Source of the DNA: an uncultured Trueperaceae bacterium
Lineage (GTDB): Bacteria > Deinococcota > Deinococci > Deinococcales > Trueperaceae
DNA: 64,000 nucleotides
Direction: 5' to 3'
Assembly (NCBI GenBank): GCA_963799485.1
Contig: CAWCXJ010000010.1
Span: 1-64,000 of the forward strand
The translations under genes were made by a program, and so were the position numbers. Each line of letters starts with the position of its first letter. The first letter of the stretch is position 1. Shown here piece by piece: positions 40,619 to 49,916 of this stretch. Under the pieces are notes generated by a model that did not search any database, was not told where the DNA came from, and saw only the letters and a list, made by a program, of their open reading frames with translations.

Positions 40619-41293
40619 TCAGTGCTTGCCGCTCTCGGCAAGTTCGCGCAGCGCCGAATCGTCGATATGCGTCACACGCCGCTGCGACAAGGTAATGACC
40701 CCCGACTGATGAAGCCGTGAGAGGTTGCGGCTGACGAGTTCCGGGACGGTGCCGAGCCGCGCGGCGACGGTCGCGTTCGCCTCCAACTCGAGCGGCAAAC
40801 CGTCAGCGGCGCGCTCTAAAAGGTAGCTGGCTAAGCGGTGGACGACCTCTTGAAAAGAGAGCTGTTCGACCAGACCGACGAGTCGGCGAAGGCGCTGCCC
40901 GAGCGTCCGCACGAGGTGCAGCGAGACCTCGGGCCGCGCGCGGAGCACGCCGAGAAAAGCCTGCTGCTCTAAAAACAGCGTTTCGGTCTCCGTAACCGCC
41001 TGCGCGTTCGCCGGATAGCTGCCGCCGTCGAGCGAGGGTAACTCGGCAACTGCGTTATAGGGGTGCTCGACGGTCAAGATCACTTCGCGCCCCGTTTGCG
41101 CCGACAACACGAAAATCTTGACCTGCCCGCTGGTAACGATGTTGAGCCCTGCCGGGCTTTCATTGGCCAGGAAGAGCAGTTCACCCGACCGGTAGCGGCG
41201 GCGCACCGTAATAGCGGCGAGCGCCTCCAAATCACTTTGCTGAAGTGGCGCAAAAAGGGGGCAGTGGGCGAGCAGTTCGGCGGGGCTTAGCAC
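40619..41293 (-). CDS. Crp/Fnr-family regulator (DNR/HcpR/NssR-like, no FNR Cys cluster)
   Basis: cNMP-binding fold (GQVKIF...DGGSYPANA), HTH RLGTVPELVSRNLSRL. Confidence 0.92.
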   Translation of the reverse strand: MLSPAELLAHCPLFAPLQQSDLEALAAITVRRRYRSGELLFLANESPAGLNIVTSGQVKIFVLSAQTGREVILTVEHPYNAVAELPSLDGGSYPANAQAVTETETLFLEQQAFLGVLRARPEVSLHLVRTLGQRLRRLVGLVEQLSFQEVVHRLASYLLERAADGLPLELEANATVAARLGTVPELVSRNLSRLHQSGVITLSQRRVTHIDDSALRELAESGKH

Positions 41294-41334
41294 CGTTTTA
41301 GCTTACCCCCGCACAAGCGGGCAAACACATCGCC

Positions 41335-41351
41335 TTGACTTGAGTCATGGC
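41335..41351 (+). promoter_or_regulatory. candidate Crp/Fnr box of the cba operon
   Basis: TTGAC-TTGA-GTCATGGC palindrome, 20 nt, TATTTT (41372-41377). Confidence 0.62.
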
Positions 41352-41490
41352 CTCCAAAACCCCGGCGCTGCTATTTTCAAATCTTGGCAGCTTGGGGCCG
41401 GTAGCACCGGTAATCCGTAGCACCGGTAATCCAAAAGAGGGATGACGCTAGGTGGACGCACCGTTACCCTTAGCTCAGCGGAGGTAGATT

Positions 41491-41670
41491 TTGACCGACA
41501 ATCACCCGGATAAACGCATAGACCAACCTACCGATGAACCGAACGCGCCCGGCGAAACCGATTCGGCAGCCTCGGCCCCACGCGGCGCAATTTTTATTAC
41601 CACGTTTCTGACCGTAGTCATCTTGGTGTTCTGGTTCGGCACCTACATTCTCAGTCTAGTGCGGGGCTGA
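41491..41670 (+). CDS. cbaD: ba3-type cytochrome c oxidase subunit IIa
   Basis: Manual translation (59 aa, TTG start, RBS ggagg): ...APRGAIFITTFLTVVILVFWFGTYILSLVRG, matching the Thermus IIa pattern PKGA...ILVFW.G.Y.....RG. Confidence 0.82.
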   Translation: MTDNHPDKRIDQPTDEPNAPGETDSAASAPRGAIFITTFLTVVILVFWFGTYILSLVRG

Positions 41671-41673
41671 GCG

Positions 41674-42678
41674 GTGGCGCAACAACCCAATTCTGAAGAA
41701 CATCACGAGCTTGCACTCGAGCACAAACAGCACGAGGCCATCGCCCGCTGGGAACGCCGCTGGCTAAATATTGCCGGGCTGCTACTGGCGATGTTCGTGA
41801 TTCTCATCGCCTATTCGCTGGCAACCCAGGGCGCGCAGATCGCGCAGCGGAGCGGGCGCACCACCCCGGAAAAGCTGACGAGCCTCGAGCTGTTCGCCAA
41901 TCCCGGTGTTGAAATTACCGATTTCGGGGCCGGGCGACCGACCAAGGCTCGCGTTACGGTCGTCGCGCAGGCGTGGAGCTTCAACCCGGCAGAAATCGTC
42001 TTGCCCGCCGGAGCCGTCACAACTTTTTACCTGACGAGCCGCGACGTGCTGCACGGCTTTCAGGTCGAAGGCACCGACATCAACGTCGAACTCATTCCCG
42101 GCGAGATTTCGACGCTCAGCTACACCTTCGACAAACCCGGCGTCTACCGCACCACCTGCAACGAGTACTGCGGTTTTGGGCACCAGAACATGCTGGGCGT
42201 CGTGCGCGTCGTCGCTCCCGGCGAATTGGCTCAGGAGTCCGCCCGCGCCGCTGCTGCGGCCCCATCCGGTACAGAAGCCGCTGACGATGTTGGCGAAAGT
42301 GTTTACACGACCAACTGCGTCTCGTGTCATCAGGCAAACGGTCAGGGGGTAGCAGGCGCTTTTCCGCCGCTGGCGGGGCACGCCGTAAAACTTTTTCAGG
42401 CCGAGCGTTCGTATTTACCCAAACTGCTGCTCAACGGTTTGGAAGGCCAAATTTCCGTCGGTGGGAATGCCTACAACGGTCAGATGCCCGCATGGGCGCA
42501 GCTCTCGGACGAAGAGCTTGCCGGAACCCTCAACTACGTTTTGAATTCGTGGGGCAACGGGGCGGAACTGCCGGACTTCGAGCCCTACACCGCCGAGGAG
42601 ATTGCGCCTTTTCGTGACGAAACTTTGAGTGCTCAGGATATCTATAAACTTCGTCAGACCTTGAAGCTCAATGACTAA
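41674..42678 (+). CDS. cbaB: ba3-type oxidase subunit II (CuA) fused to a c552-like cytochrome c
   Basis: One N-terminal TM helix; DVLHGF and CNEYCGFGHQNM (CuA); Ala-rich linker; CVSCH...GAFPPLAGH...YNGQMP. Confidence 0.9.
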   Translation: MAQQPNSEEHHELALEHKQHEAIARWERRWLNIAGLLLAMFVILIAYSLATQGAQIAQRSGRTTPEKLTSLELFANPGVEITDFGAGRPTKARVTVVAQAWSFNPAEIVLPAGAVTTFYLTSRDVLHGFQVEGTDINVELIPGEISTLSYTFDKPGVYRTTCNEYCGFGHQNMLGVVRVVAPGELAQESARAAAAAPSGTEAADDVGESVYTTNCVSCHQANGQGVAGAFPPLAGHAVKLFQAERSYLPKLLLNGLEGQISVGGNAYNGQMPAWAQLSDEELAGTLNYVLNSWGNGAELPDFEPYTAEEIAPFRDETLSAQDIYKLRQTLKLND

Positions 42679-42707
42679 ATCTAACCACCGTTCTGAAAGG
42701 ACGTTCT

Positions 42708-44384
42708 ATGGCTGTTAGCACCATCTCCCCAAGCCGCGCAGCGCTCGCTTACCCCGAAAAACGCGTCACGCTGGCCTTTTTGATTACCGGACTTTTAGCG
42801 CTGCTCGTCGGTGCGCTGCTCGGGCCGCTGCAAGCGCTCAACTATGCGGGGATCAACGTCTACGAGTATTTTCCGTTTTTGCAGTCGTACTATCAGGGGT
42901 TGACGCTTCACGGGGTGCTGAACGCGCTCGTTTTTACCACGTTTTTTATCAGCGGGCTGATGCTTTATCTGCCTGCCAGGGAACTGGGGATGCGCCCCGA
43001 CATGACCTTCGTCTGGGGGTCGTACTGGACGATGCTGGGGGGGCTCGTGCTGGCGGGCGCAGCAGTTATCTCCAACACCTCGTCGGTGCTCTACACCTTT
43101 TACCCACCGCTCAAGGGCCACTGGGCGTTTTACGTCGGGCTTTCACTCGTCGTGGTGGCGAGTACGGCAGTCGGCTTCGAGGTGATTCGGATGCGCGCGC
43201 GCTGGAAACGCCTCAATCCCGGACGGGTCACACCGCTCGTGACTTACATGTGCGTCGTCACCTGGCTGATGTGGTGGCTCGCCTCGACCGGCATCATCGT
43301 CGAGATGGTTTTTTTACTCATCCCCTGGTCGCTCGGTCTGGTGAACGGCGTCGACCCGCTTCTGGCTCGCACGCTCTTCTGGTTTACGGGGCACCCCATC
43401 GTCTACTTCTGGGTTTTACCCGCTTACGTCTCGTGGTACGGCTTTTTGCCTAAGCAGGCCGGGGGTGAACTGGTTTCGGATTCGCTGGCCCGCTTAGCCT
43501 TCATCATGTTTTTGCTCTTTTCGACGCCGGTCGGGTTTCACCACCAGTTTACCGACCCCGGCATCCCGGCAGCGTGGAAGGTCATTCACTCGCTCCTGAC
43601 GGCGATGGTCGGGATTCCCAGTTTGCTGACGGCTTTTACGGTGGCGGCGTCTTTAGAGATTGGCGGTCGGCGGCGCGGCGGCAAGGGCGTTCTCGGCTGG
43701 ATTGCCAAACTGCCGTGGGGGAGTGCCCCTCTTACCGCGCAGGTGCTGGCGATGACCTCGTTTATCTTCGGCGGGGCCGGGGGTATTGTGTTGTCGTCGT
43801 TTAACCTCAACATTTTGGTTCACAACACTGCCTGGATACCGGGGCACTTTCACATTACGGTCGGGACGGCCACGACCCTGACGTTTTTCGGCCTCACCTT
43901 CTGGTTGGTGCCGCACCTCACCCGGAGGCCGCTCTTTTCAAATCGGCTGGCCCTCTGCGCCAGCTGGTTCTGGTTCGTCGGGATGATGGTGTTTGCACTT
44001 GGAATGCACTGGCAGGGCTACTTGGGGGTGCCGCGCCGCGCGCAGATTTCCAACCTGTCGCCCGAAAACGCGGGAGCCTACGCGAACGCTGCGGTGCCGC
44101 AAGCGATTACCGGCGTCAGCGGCGTTATCTTGCTGGTTGCCATCATCCTTTACTTTACGGTGCTTTTCGGGACGCTCTTCTCGAGAAAAAGTCTGGCAGC
44201 AGACACACCGCCTATTCCCTTTTCCAGCACCGTAGCGCTGCGTAGCGAAGGCGTCATGCGCGTCCTCGACAACCTGACGGCGTGGTTTGTGCTGGCCTGT
44301 TTGCTCGTCGCCGTCGCCTACGGCCCGACCCTCATTGCGATGATTTTCGACCAGGTGCCGCTGCCGGGCCTGCGCCTCTGGTAA
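42708..44384 (+). CDS. cbaA: ba3-type (B-family) cytochrome c oxidase subunit I
   Basis: YYQGLTLHGVLN, LFWFTGHPIVYFW, GFHHQF, WIPGHFHITVG, GVPRR. Confidence 0.95.
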   Translation: MAVSTISPSRAALAYPEKRVTLAFLITGLLALLVGALLGPLQALNYAGINVYEYFPFLQSYYQGLTLHGVLNALVFTTFFISGLMLYLPARELGMRPDMTFVWGSYWTMLGGLVLAGAAVISNTSSVLYTFYPPLKGHWAFYVGLSLVVVASTAVGFEVIRMRARWKRLNPGRVTPLVTYMCVVTWLMWWLASTGIIVEMVFLLIPWSLGLVNGVDPLLARTLFWFTGHPIVYFWVLPAYVSWYGFLPKQAGGELVSDSLARLAFIMFLLFSTPVGFHHQFTDPGIPAAWKVIHSLLTAMVGIPSLLTAFTVAASLEIGGRRRGGKGVLGWIAKLPWGSAPLTAQVLAMTSFIFGGAGGIVLSSFNLNILVHNTAWIPGHFHITVGTATTLTFFGLTFWLVPHLTRRPLFSNRLALCASWFWFVGMMVFALGMHWQGYLGVPRRAQISNLSPENAGAYANAAVPQAITGVSGVILLVAIILYFTVLFGTLFSRKSLAADTPPIPFSSTVALRSEGVMRVLDNLTAWFVLACLLVAVAYGPTLIAMIFDQVPLPGLRLW

Positions 44385-44394
44385 GGAGCGTAAA

Positions 44395-44880
44395 ATGACG
44401 CTGCTGCTCTCTTCAGTCGTTTCCGGACTTATCGGTACAGCGGTGATGATCGTATTTCTCTATTTGCCACGGATTTGGCAGGGGCTTTACTACGACACGC
44501 TGGGCGCGCTCGGTTCGATGTTGCTGGACGAGGTAGATACCCGCTCACGTATCGTGGGAACCGTGCTGCTACTCATCGGCGGCGTGGTCTTCGCCTTTTT
44601 TTACGGCTGGTACGCGCTGATGTTTATCGGGGGGCCGTTCGCGGCCCCGAATTACACCATCTTTTCCGGTTCGCTGGCTCTGAATTTGTTTTACCCGCTG
44701 TTCGGTCTCATCGCCGGATTTTGTCAGGGCATTTTTATTACGCTGATTACGACTTTCGTCATCGTCGACCATCATCCGGTGGAGCGCTACCGGCAGTTTT
44801 ATCCGCTCATCTTGTCGTTTATCATCGGGCACAGCGTTTACGGCGTGACGGTGATGACCTTGCAAAGCGTGTTCTTGTAA
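44395..44880 (+). CDS. hypothetical membrane protein in the cba operon
   Basis: About 4 TM helices, DHHP and GHSVYG; RBS aaggag overlapping the cbaA stop. Confidence 0.75.
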   Translation: MTLLLSSVVSGLIGTAVMIVFLYLPRIWQGLYYDTLGALGSMLLDEVDTRSRIVGTVLLLIGGVVFAFFYGWYALMFIGGPFAAPNYTIFSGSLALNLFYPLFGLIAGFCQGIFITLITTFVIVDHHPVERYRQFYPLILSFIIGHSVYGVTVMTLQSVFL

Positions 44881-45133
44881 CTCTCAGCAGCGGGGCGCGT
44901 GCCGCGACTTGGTTTAAGACTGAGTTATCAGCTGGATTTTGGCAATTGTGGCGTCGACTAAAGTTCAAGCCGTATCATCTTGGTCATCGGGTGCCTGCTT
45001 CACTTGCGCCGACCTTTCGTATACCGGTTATATACCGAGCTTTTGAGGCGAGGTTTGACTGTATACTGCGCCTTTACCGAAGACTTTAGGCAACGCTACA
45101 GCACCCCGGAGCCATAAACGATAGAAATAAAAG

Positions 45134-46291
45134 ATGGACTTACCAACTAAAGAAGACCTCAAAACGCTGAGTGAAGCCGACCGTGGCGTTTGCGTCACGC
45201 TCTATCTGCCGACCCACGAAGCGGGCGCGGCGACCCGTGAAAACGCCATTCGCTTTAAGAACCGGGTGCAGGAAGCGGCGGCGCGTTTAGGTGAGCGCGG
45301 TTACGACGACCGGGACGTAGATCAGCTGCTAGGCCCGGCCCAGCAGCTGATAGAAGACAACAATTTCTGGCAGCACCAGCGCAAAGGGCTGGTGCTGTTT
45401 CTCGCAGCGGGTGAGCGGTTTCAGTATAAATTGCCGGTTGCGCCCGAAGAGCTGACGGTCGTATCAGACCGTTTTCACCTCAAACCGCTCTTGCCGCTCC
45501 TTATCGGCGACGGGCGTTTTTACATTTTGGCGGTAACGCTTAATAAAGTGCGGCTCTTGGAGGCCACCCGCTACAACGTCAGTGAGATACCTTTAGGCGA
45601 TACGCCGACCAGTATGGCGGAAGCGCTACGCTTTGACGACGAGGCTGAACCGACGCTACGCGCCTACGCGACTGCCGGCAGCGGCAGCGGTACCCCGTTA
45701 CAAGCGCAAGGTGCCGAGGAAGTCGACCGCAAAGAGGACATCTTGCGCTTTTTTACCGTACTCGACAACGGCCTCCGGAAACTCTTGGAACCTCGAGGCG
45801 ACCGTATCCCGGTGGTTTTTGTCGGCAACGTGACGAACTTTCCCATCTATCAGGAGGCGAACCACTACAACGGCCTGATGGAAGGTTTTGTCGAGGACAA
45901 CCCCGAAGTGCTGAGTGATGAGGCGCTGCACAAACGCGCGTGGGAAATCGTCGCACCGCACTTTGGTGAGCGGCGTGAAAAAGACGCGGAAGCGTTCAGG
46001 GCCACGCAGGGCACAGACCCGGAACGTGCCGCCAGCGACCTTGAAGGCGTGTTGCCAGCTTCATACGACAGCCGCGTGCAGACGCTTTTTGTCCCGCTCC
46101 ACCAGCACCGCTGGGGGCGCTACGACCCCGAAGCTCGTACTGTAGAGTTTCACGATGGGCTGGACGGGGAAAGCCACGACCTCTACGACCTCGCCGCCGT
46201 TCACACGCTGCTTAACGGCGGGACGGTTTACGCTGTCGAACCCGCCGAGGTTCCGGGGGAAGGTGAAGTGGCAGCGGTTTACCGCTTTTAA
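45134..46291 (+). CDS. bacterial archaeo-eukaryotic release factor-like protein (baeRF3/7; Balon-like)
   Basis: CVTLYLPTH...NAIRFKN, FWQHQRKGLVLF, DRFHLKPLLP, RVQTLFV, DLAAVHTLLNGGTVY, AAVYRF. Confidence 0.8.
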   Translation: MDLPTKEDLKTLSEADRGVCVTLYLPTHEAGAATRENAIRFKNRVQEAAARLGERGYDDRDVDQLLGPAQQLIEDNNFWQHQRKGLVLFLAAGERFQYKLPVAPEELTVVSDRFHLKPLLPLLIGDGRFYILAVTLNKVRLLEATRYNVSEIPLGDTPTSMAEALRFDDEAEPTLRAYATAGSGSGTPLQAQGAEEVDRKEDILRFFTVLDNGLRKLLEPRGDRIPVVFVGNVTNFPIYQEANHYNGLMEGFVEDNPEVLSDEALHKRAWEIVAPHFGERREKDAEAFRATQGTDPERAASDLEGVLPASYDSRVQTLFVPLHQHRWGRYDPEARTVEFHDGLDGESHDLYDLAAVHTLLNGGTVYAVEPAEVPGEGEVAAVYRF

Positions 46292-46400
46292 TAGGTTTCA
46301 GCGGCACGCACCGTAAAAATGCCGCGTGCCGCACACGTTTGGCAGCGGATACGGGGTTACGATAGTTCGTCACAACAGTTTGGTTTTACGGGGGAGTATC

Positions 46401-47444
46401 TTGCGCTCAGCTACAGGCACCAGAACGCTGCTCGCGGTTATCGCCGTCGTCGCAGGCTTCGCGGCGCTCAAGGTAACGCAGCCCGTCACGCTGCCGCTGG
46501 CTTTTGCGGTGGTGCTGCTGCTGTTTTTCAGACCGCTACAGGTCTGGTTGGAGGCACGTTTACCGCGCTGGGCCGGCCCGCTGCTGATTATGCTTATCGT
46601 GCTGGGCCTCCTCGCGCTCGCTGCGCTGGCGGTAAGTTACAGCGTGTCAATCATCGCCCCCGAAGTGCCGCGCTACGCCGAGGAGTTAAGACCCCGGTTG
46701 GAGAGCTTGCGGAACCGCTTGCAAGGTCTCGGGCTTTCCCTACCGTCTTTAGGTGAGAATAGTGGCGGTGGAAATAGCAGTAGCGGTGGGAGCAGCCAGC
46801 TTTTGAGCGGCCTCGCCAGCGGTCTGGGTTCATTTTTTTCGGCGCTCAGCTTAGCGGTGCTGACGCTCGTGACACTGACCTTTTTGCTGACCGAAGCCGG
46901 AGACTACCGTAAAAAGCTTACGCAGGGCACCTTTCCCGGAGACGATGACCAGCGGGTACTCGACGCGTTTTCCAAGATGACCGGCAAGTTTTCGCGTTAC
47001 TTTCTGGTGCAAGCGCTCTCGAGCGTCGTCACCGGCATCCTGACCGGGCTCTACTGCTGGCTGCTCGGGGTCGAGTTTCCCTTTGTCTGGGGGCTCCTGG
47101 CGACGGTGCTCAACTTTGTCCCGACCATCGGCTCGGTTGTGGCAGTCGTGCCTCCTACACTCTTTGCGCTGGCCTTTAGCGGCCCGACCACGGCACTTCT
47201 GGTTTTTTTAGGGTTGGGCGTTATTCAGTTTGTCATGGGAAACGTCTTCGACCCGGCGCTTCAGGGCAGCGCCTTACGACTTTCAGAAACCGTCGTGCTG
47301 CTCTCGGTCGTGTTCTGGGGTTGGCTCTGGGGCATCGGCGGCGCGTTTATTGCCGTGCCGCTCACCGCCGCTATCGTCTTGCTCTGTAACGAGTTCGAGG
47401 CGACCCGGCCCATTACGCGCTTGTTGAGTAAGCCTTCAAAATGA
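46401..47444 (+). CDS. AI-2E family transporter
   Basis: LNFVPTIGS, WGWLWGIGGAFIAVPLT; RBS gggag before TTG 46401. Confidence 0.9.
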   Translation: MRSATGTRTLLAVIAVVAGFAALKVTQPVTLPLAFAVVLLLFFRPLQVWLEARLPRWAGPLLIMLIVLGLLALAALAVSYSVSIIAPEVPRYAEELRPRLESLRNRLQGLGLSLPSLGENSGGGNSSSGGSSQLLSGLASGLGSFFSALSLAVLTLVTLTFLLTEAGDYRKKLTQGTFPGDDDQRVLDAFSKMTGKFSRYFLVQALSSVVTGILTGLYCWLLGVEFPFVWGLLATVLNFVPTIGSVVAVVPPTLFALAFSGPTTALLVFLGLGVIQFVMGNVFDPALQGSALRLSETVVLLSVVFWGWLWGIGGAFIAVPLTAAIVLLCNEFEATRPITRLLSKPSK

Positions 47445-47792
47445 GCTTGTAGCCACAGCTTTTTGGGTGCGCCGGGGTTGTGGCTACTGCATTTTTTGCT
47501 CGCTTACGGCGTCAGTGAAGCTGCCTGTACCCCGGTAGGAACTCCGGCGGGTGCGACGCACTTTATTCTCGCAGTCGGGACGGGCTTCTTTGCGCGCGGC
47601 AGCCTCGCCCCGACCTTTCTTGCCGCGCGCGTCAGGCGGCGGGCGCTCTCGCGCCGAGCCAAATACGACGACTTTTTGCCCAGGGTCGGCTTTGTGCAGG
47701 GGTCTTTGTTCACTTTTGCGCTGCCGCTCGAGGGTCTCGCCGCCTTTATCCTGCCGTGCCGCTAGAAAGCTGTGCAGTGCTTGACCCTACAG

Positions 47793-49916
47793 CTACTGCG
47801 GTTCGACGCCGCGCAACACCGACAACTGACCGGCGGGCAAGATCAGGCTACTGCCGGCGTGAAGGGGCCGTGAGCGCCGCGTCCGTCCCGGCTCGGTTGC
47901 CCACAGTCGCTGCCAGAACCACCCCGAATGCGCGGGTACATCGGGCAAGATAAACCGCGCCGGACGTTTACCGTGAAAAAGAACCAGGTAGCTCTCATCG
48001 TTACGCCGCTCGATAAGGCCGTAGGGTATTTCTGAAGACGCCTCACCGCAGAGCAGCATCCCGAAGGCGCGTAGCCGTGGGTCATGCCAGTCGCCGTCAT
48101 TCATCTCGCGCCCTTCCGGATGAACCCAGGTCACGTCGCGGCAGCCCTCATCGCCGCGTCCGGTTAAAAAGTGTCGCCGGCGAAAGATCGGGTGCGCTTT
48201 GCGAAAGGCGATCAGGTCGCGGGTAAAGTTGAGAAAACCCTGTTCACGCTCGTCCAAGTCCCAGTTAAACCAGCTGATGGCGTTGTCCTGGCAGTAGGCG
48301 TTGTTCGAGCCGCCCTGGGTACGCGAAAGCTCGTCGCCGCCCAAGAGCATCGGGACACCCTGCGACAAAAAGAGCGTCGCCAGAAAGGTGCGTTTACGCG
48401 TTTCACGGTTTTTAAGCACGGCAAGGTTGTCGGTTTCACCCTCGACGCCGCCGTTTTGCGAGTTGTTGTGATCCTCGCCGTCGCGGTTGCCCTCGCCGTT
48501 GGCCTCGTTGTGCTTGTAGTCGTACGAAACCAAATCTTGCAGCGTAAAGCCGTCGTGCGCGGTAATAAAGTTGACCGACGCCGACGGGTGCCGCCCGCCG
48601 TGGGCGTAAAGGTCGCTGCTGCCGGTGACGCGCGTAGCGAACTCGGCGGTCAAGCCCTCACCGCCATGCCAAAACGAACGGATGACGTCGCGGTAACGCC
48701 CGTTCCACTCCGACCAGTTCCAGGGAAACCCCCCGACCTGATAGCCGTTCGGCCCGACGTCCCACGGTTCGGCGATAAGTTTGACCTGCGACAACACCGG
48801 GTCTTGTTCGATGGCCTGAAGCGCGAGCGAGCGCATATCGACGTCGTCCATGCCGCGCGCCAAAGACGACGCCAGATCGAAACGAAACCCGTCAACGTGC
48901 ATCTCCTGAACCCAGTAGCGGAGCGAATCGGTGAGCAGCCGGACGACGGCGGGCTGCGCAGCGTCCAAAGTATTGCCCGTTCCGGTGTAGTCCATGTAGT
49001 AGCGGCGTTCGCCCGGTTTGGTCTTGTAGTACGAAACGTTGTCGACGCCCTTGTACGAAAGCGTCGGCCCCAGCCGGTTGCCCTCGCCGGTATGGTTATA
49101 AACCACGTCGATAATGACCTCGAGCCCCGCGTTATGCAGCGCCCGCACCATCATCTTGAATTCGTCTACGGCCCTTTCAGGACGCGTCGCGTAACTCGGT
49201 TCGGGCGCGAAGTAGTTAAGCGGGTTATAGCCCCAGTAGTTCGACAAGCCTTTTTCGACCAGATAGTGATCGTTGGTAAACATCTGGACGGGCAGCAGCT
49301 CGACAGCCGTCACCCCGAGCGAAACGAGGTGCGCCAGAATCGGTTCCGAGGTCAGCCCCAAGTACGTGCCGCGCAGCTTTGGGTCGACTTCCGGATGAAG
49401 CTTGCTGATGCCTTTGACGTGCGCCTCGTAAATCACGGTATCTTCCCACGGTACCTGCGGGTGACGGTCGTCGCCCCAGGCAAACGCGTCCTCGACGACG
49501 ACGCCCAAAGGGGCAAAAGGGGCGCTGTCGGCGTCGCTGTACGACTTGTCTTCGTTCTCGTCACCGATTTGGTAACCGAACAGTGCGTTGTCCCAGCGCA
49601 AGGTGCGCCCGAGCGCTTTCGCGTAGGGGTCTAGGAGCACCTTGTTCGGGTTGAAACGGTGCCCGTTTTCCGGTTCGAAGGGGCCGTGAACCCGGTAGCC
49701 GTAAAGCTGACCCGGATAGACGCCCGTCAGGTAACCGTGCCAGACCGGGCCGGTGCGTTCGGGGAGAGAAAGCGTATAGGACGCTTTTTTGGCGTCGGGG
49801 CCACTGAAAAAGAGGAGTTCGACTTTGGTTGCGTGTTCGCTGTAGAGGGCAAAGTTGACGCCTAAACCGTCCCAGGTTGCGCCTAAAGGTGAGGGGGTGC
49901 CGGGTCTTAAGTTCAC
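47793..49916 (-). CDS. glgX: glycogen debranching enzyme
   Basis: [58 protein letters not shown]. Confidence 0.96.
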   Translation of the reverse strand: MNLRPGTPSPLGATWDGLGVNFALYSEHATKVELLFFSGPDAKKASYTLSLPERTGPVWHGYLTGVYPGQLYGYRVHGPFEPENGHRFNPNKVLLDPYAKALGRTLRWDNALFGYQIGDENEDKSYSDADSAPFAPLGVVVEDAFAWGDDRHPQVPWEDTVIYEAHVKGISKLHPEVDPKLRGTYLGLTSEPILAHLVSLGVTAVELLPVQMFTNDHYLVEKGLSNYWGYNPLNYFAPEPSYATRPERAVDEFKMMVRALHNAGLEVIIDVVYNHTGEGNRLGPTLSYKGVDNVSYYKTKPGERRYYMDYTGTGNTLDAAQPAVVRLLTDSLRYWVQEMHVDGFRFDLASSLARGMDDVDMRSLALQAIEQDPVLSQVKLIAEPWDVGPNGYQVGGFPWNWSEWNGRYRDVIRSFWHGGEGLTAEFATRVTGSSDLYAHGGRHPSASVNFITAHDGFTLQDLVSYDYKHNEANGEGNRDGEDHNNSQNGGVEGETDNLAVLKNRETRKRTFLATLFLSQGVPMLLGGDELSRTQGGSNNAYCQDNAISWFNWDLDEREQGFLNFTRDLIAFRKAHPIFRRRHFLTGRGDEGCRDVTWVHPEGREMNDGDWHDPRLRAFGMLLCGEASSEIPYGLIERRNDESYLVLFHGKRPARFILPDVPAHSGWFWQRLWATEPGRTRRSRPLHAGSSLILPAGQLSVLRGVEPQ

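Noticed and set aside
26045..41432. Short direct repeats as a possible CRISPR array
   Set aside because: Only two or three adjacent copies each, no spacers, unrelated units and no cas genes.
47463..47790. Short ORFs between the AI-2E gene and glgX
   Set aside because: No RBS or convincing motif; possibly a decayed gene, but unsupported.
48171..49634. 487-aa plus-strand ORF
   Set aside because: Antisense shadow of glgX, expected from GC-rich codon bias; no recognisable motifs.
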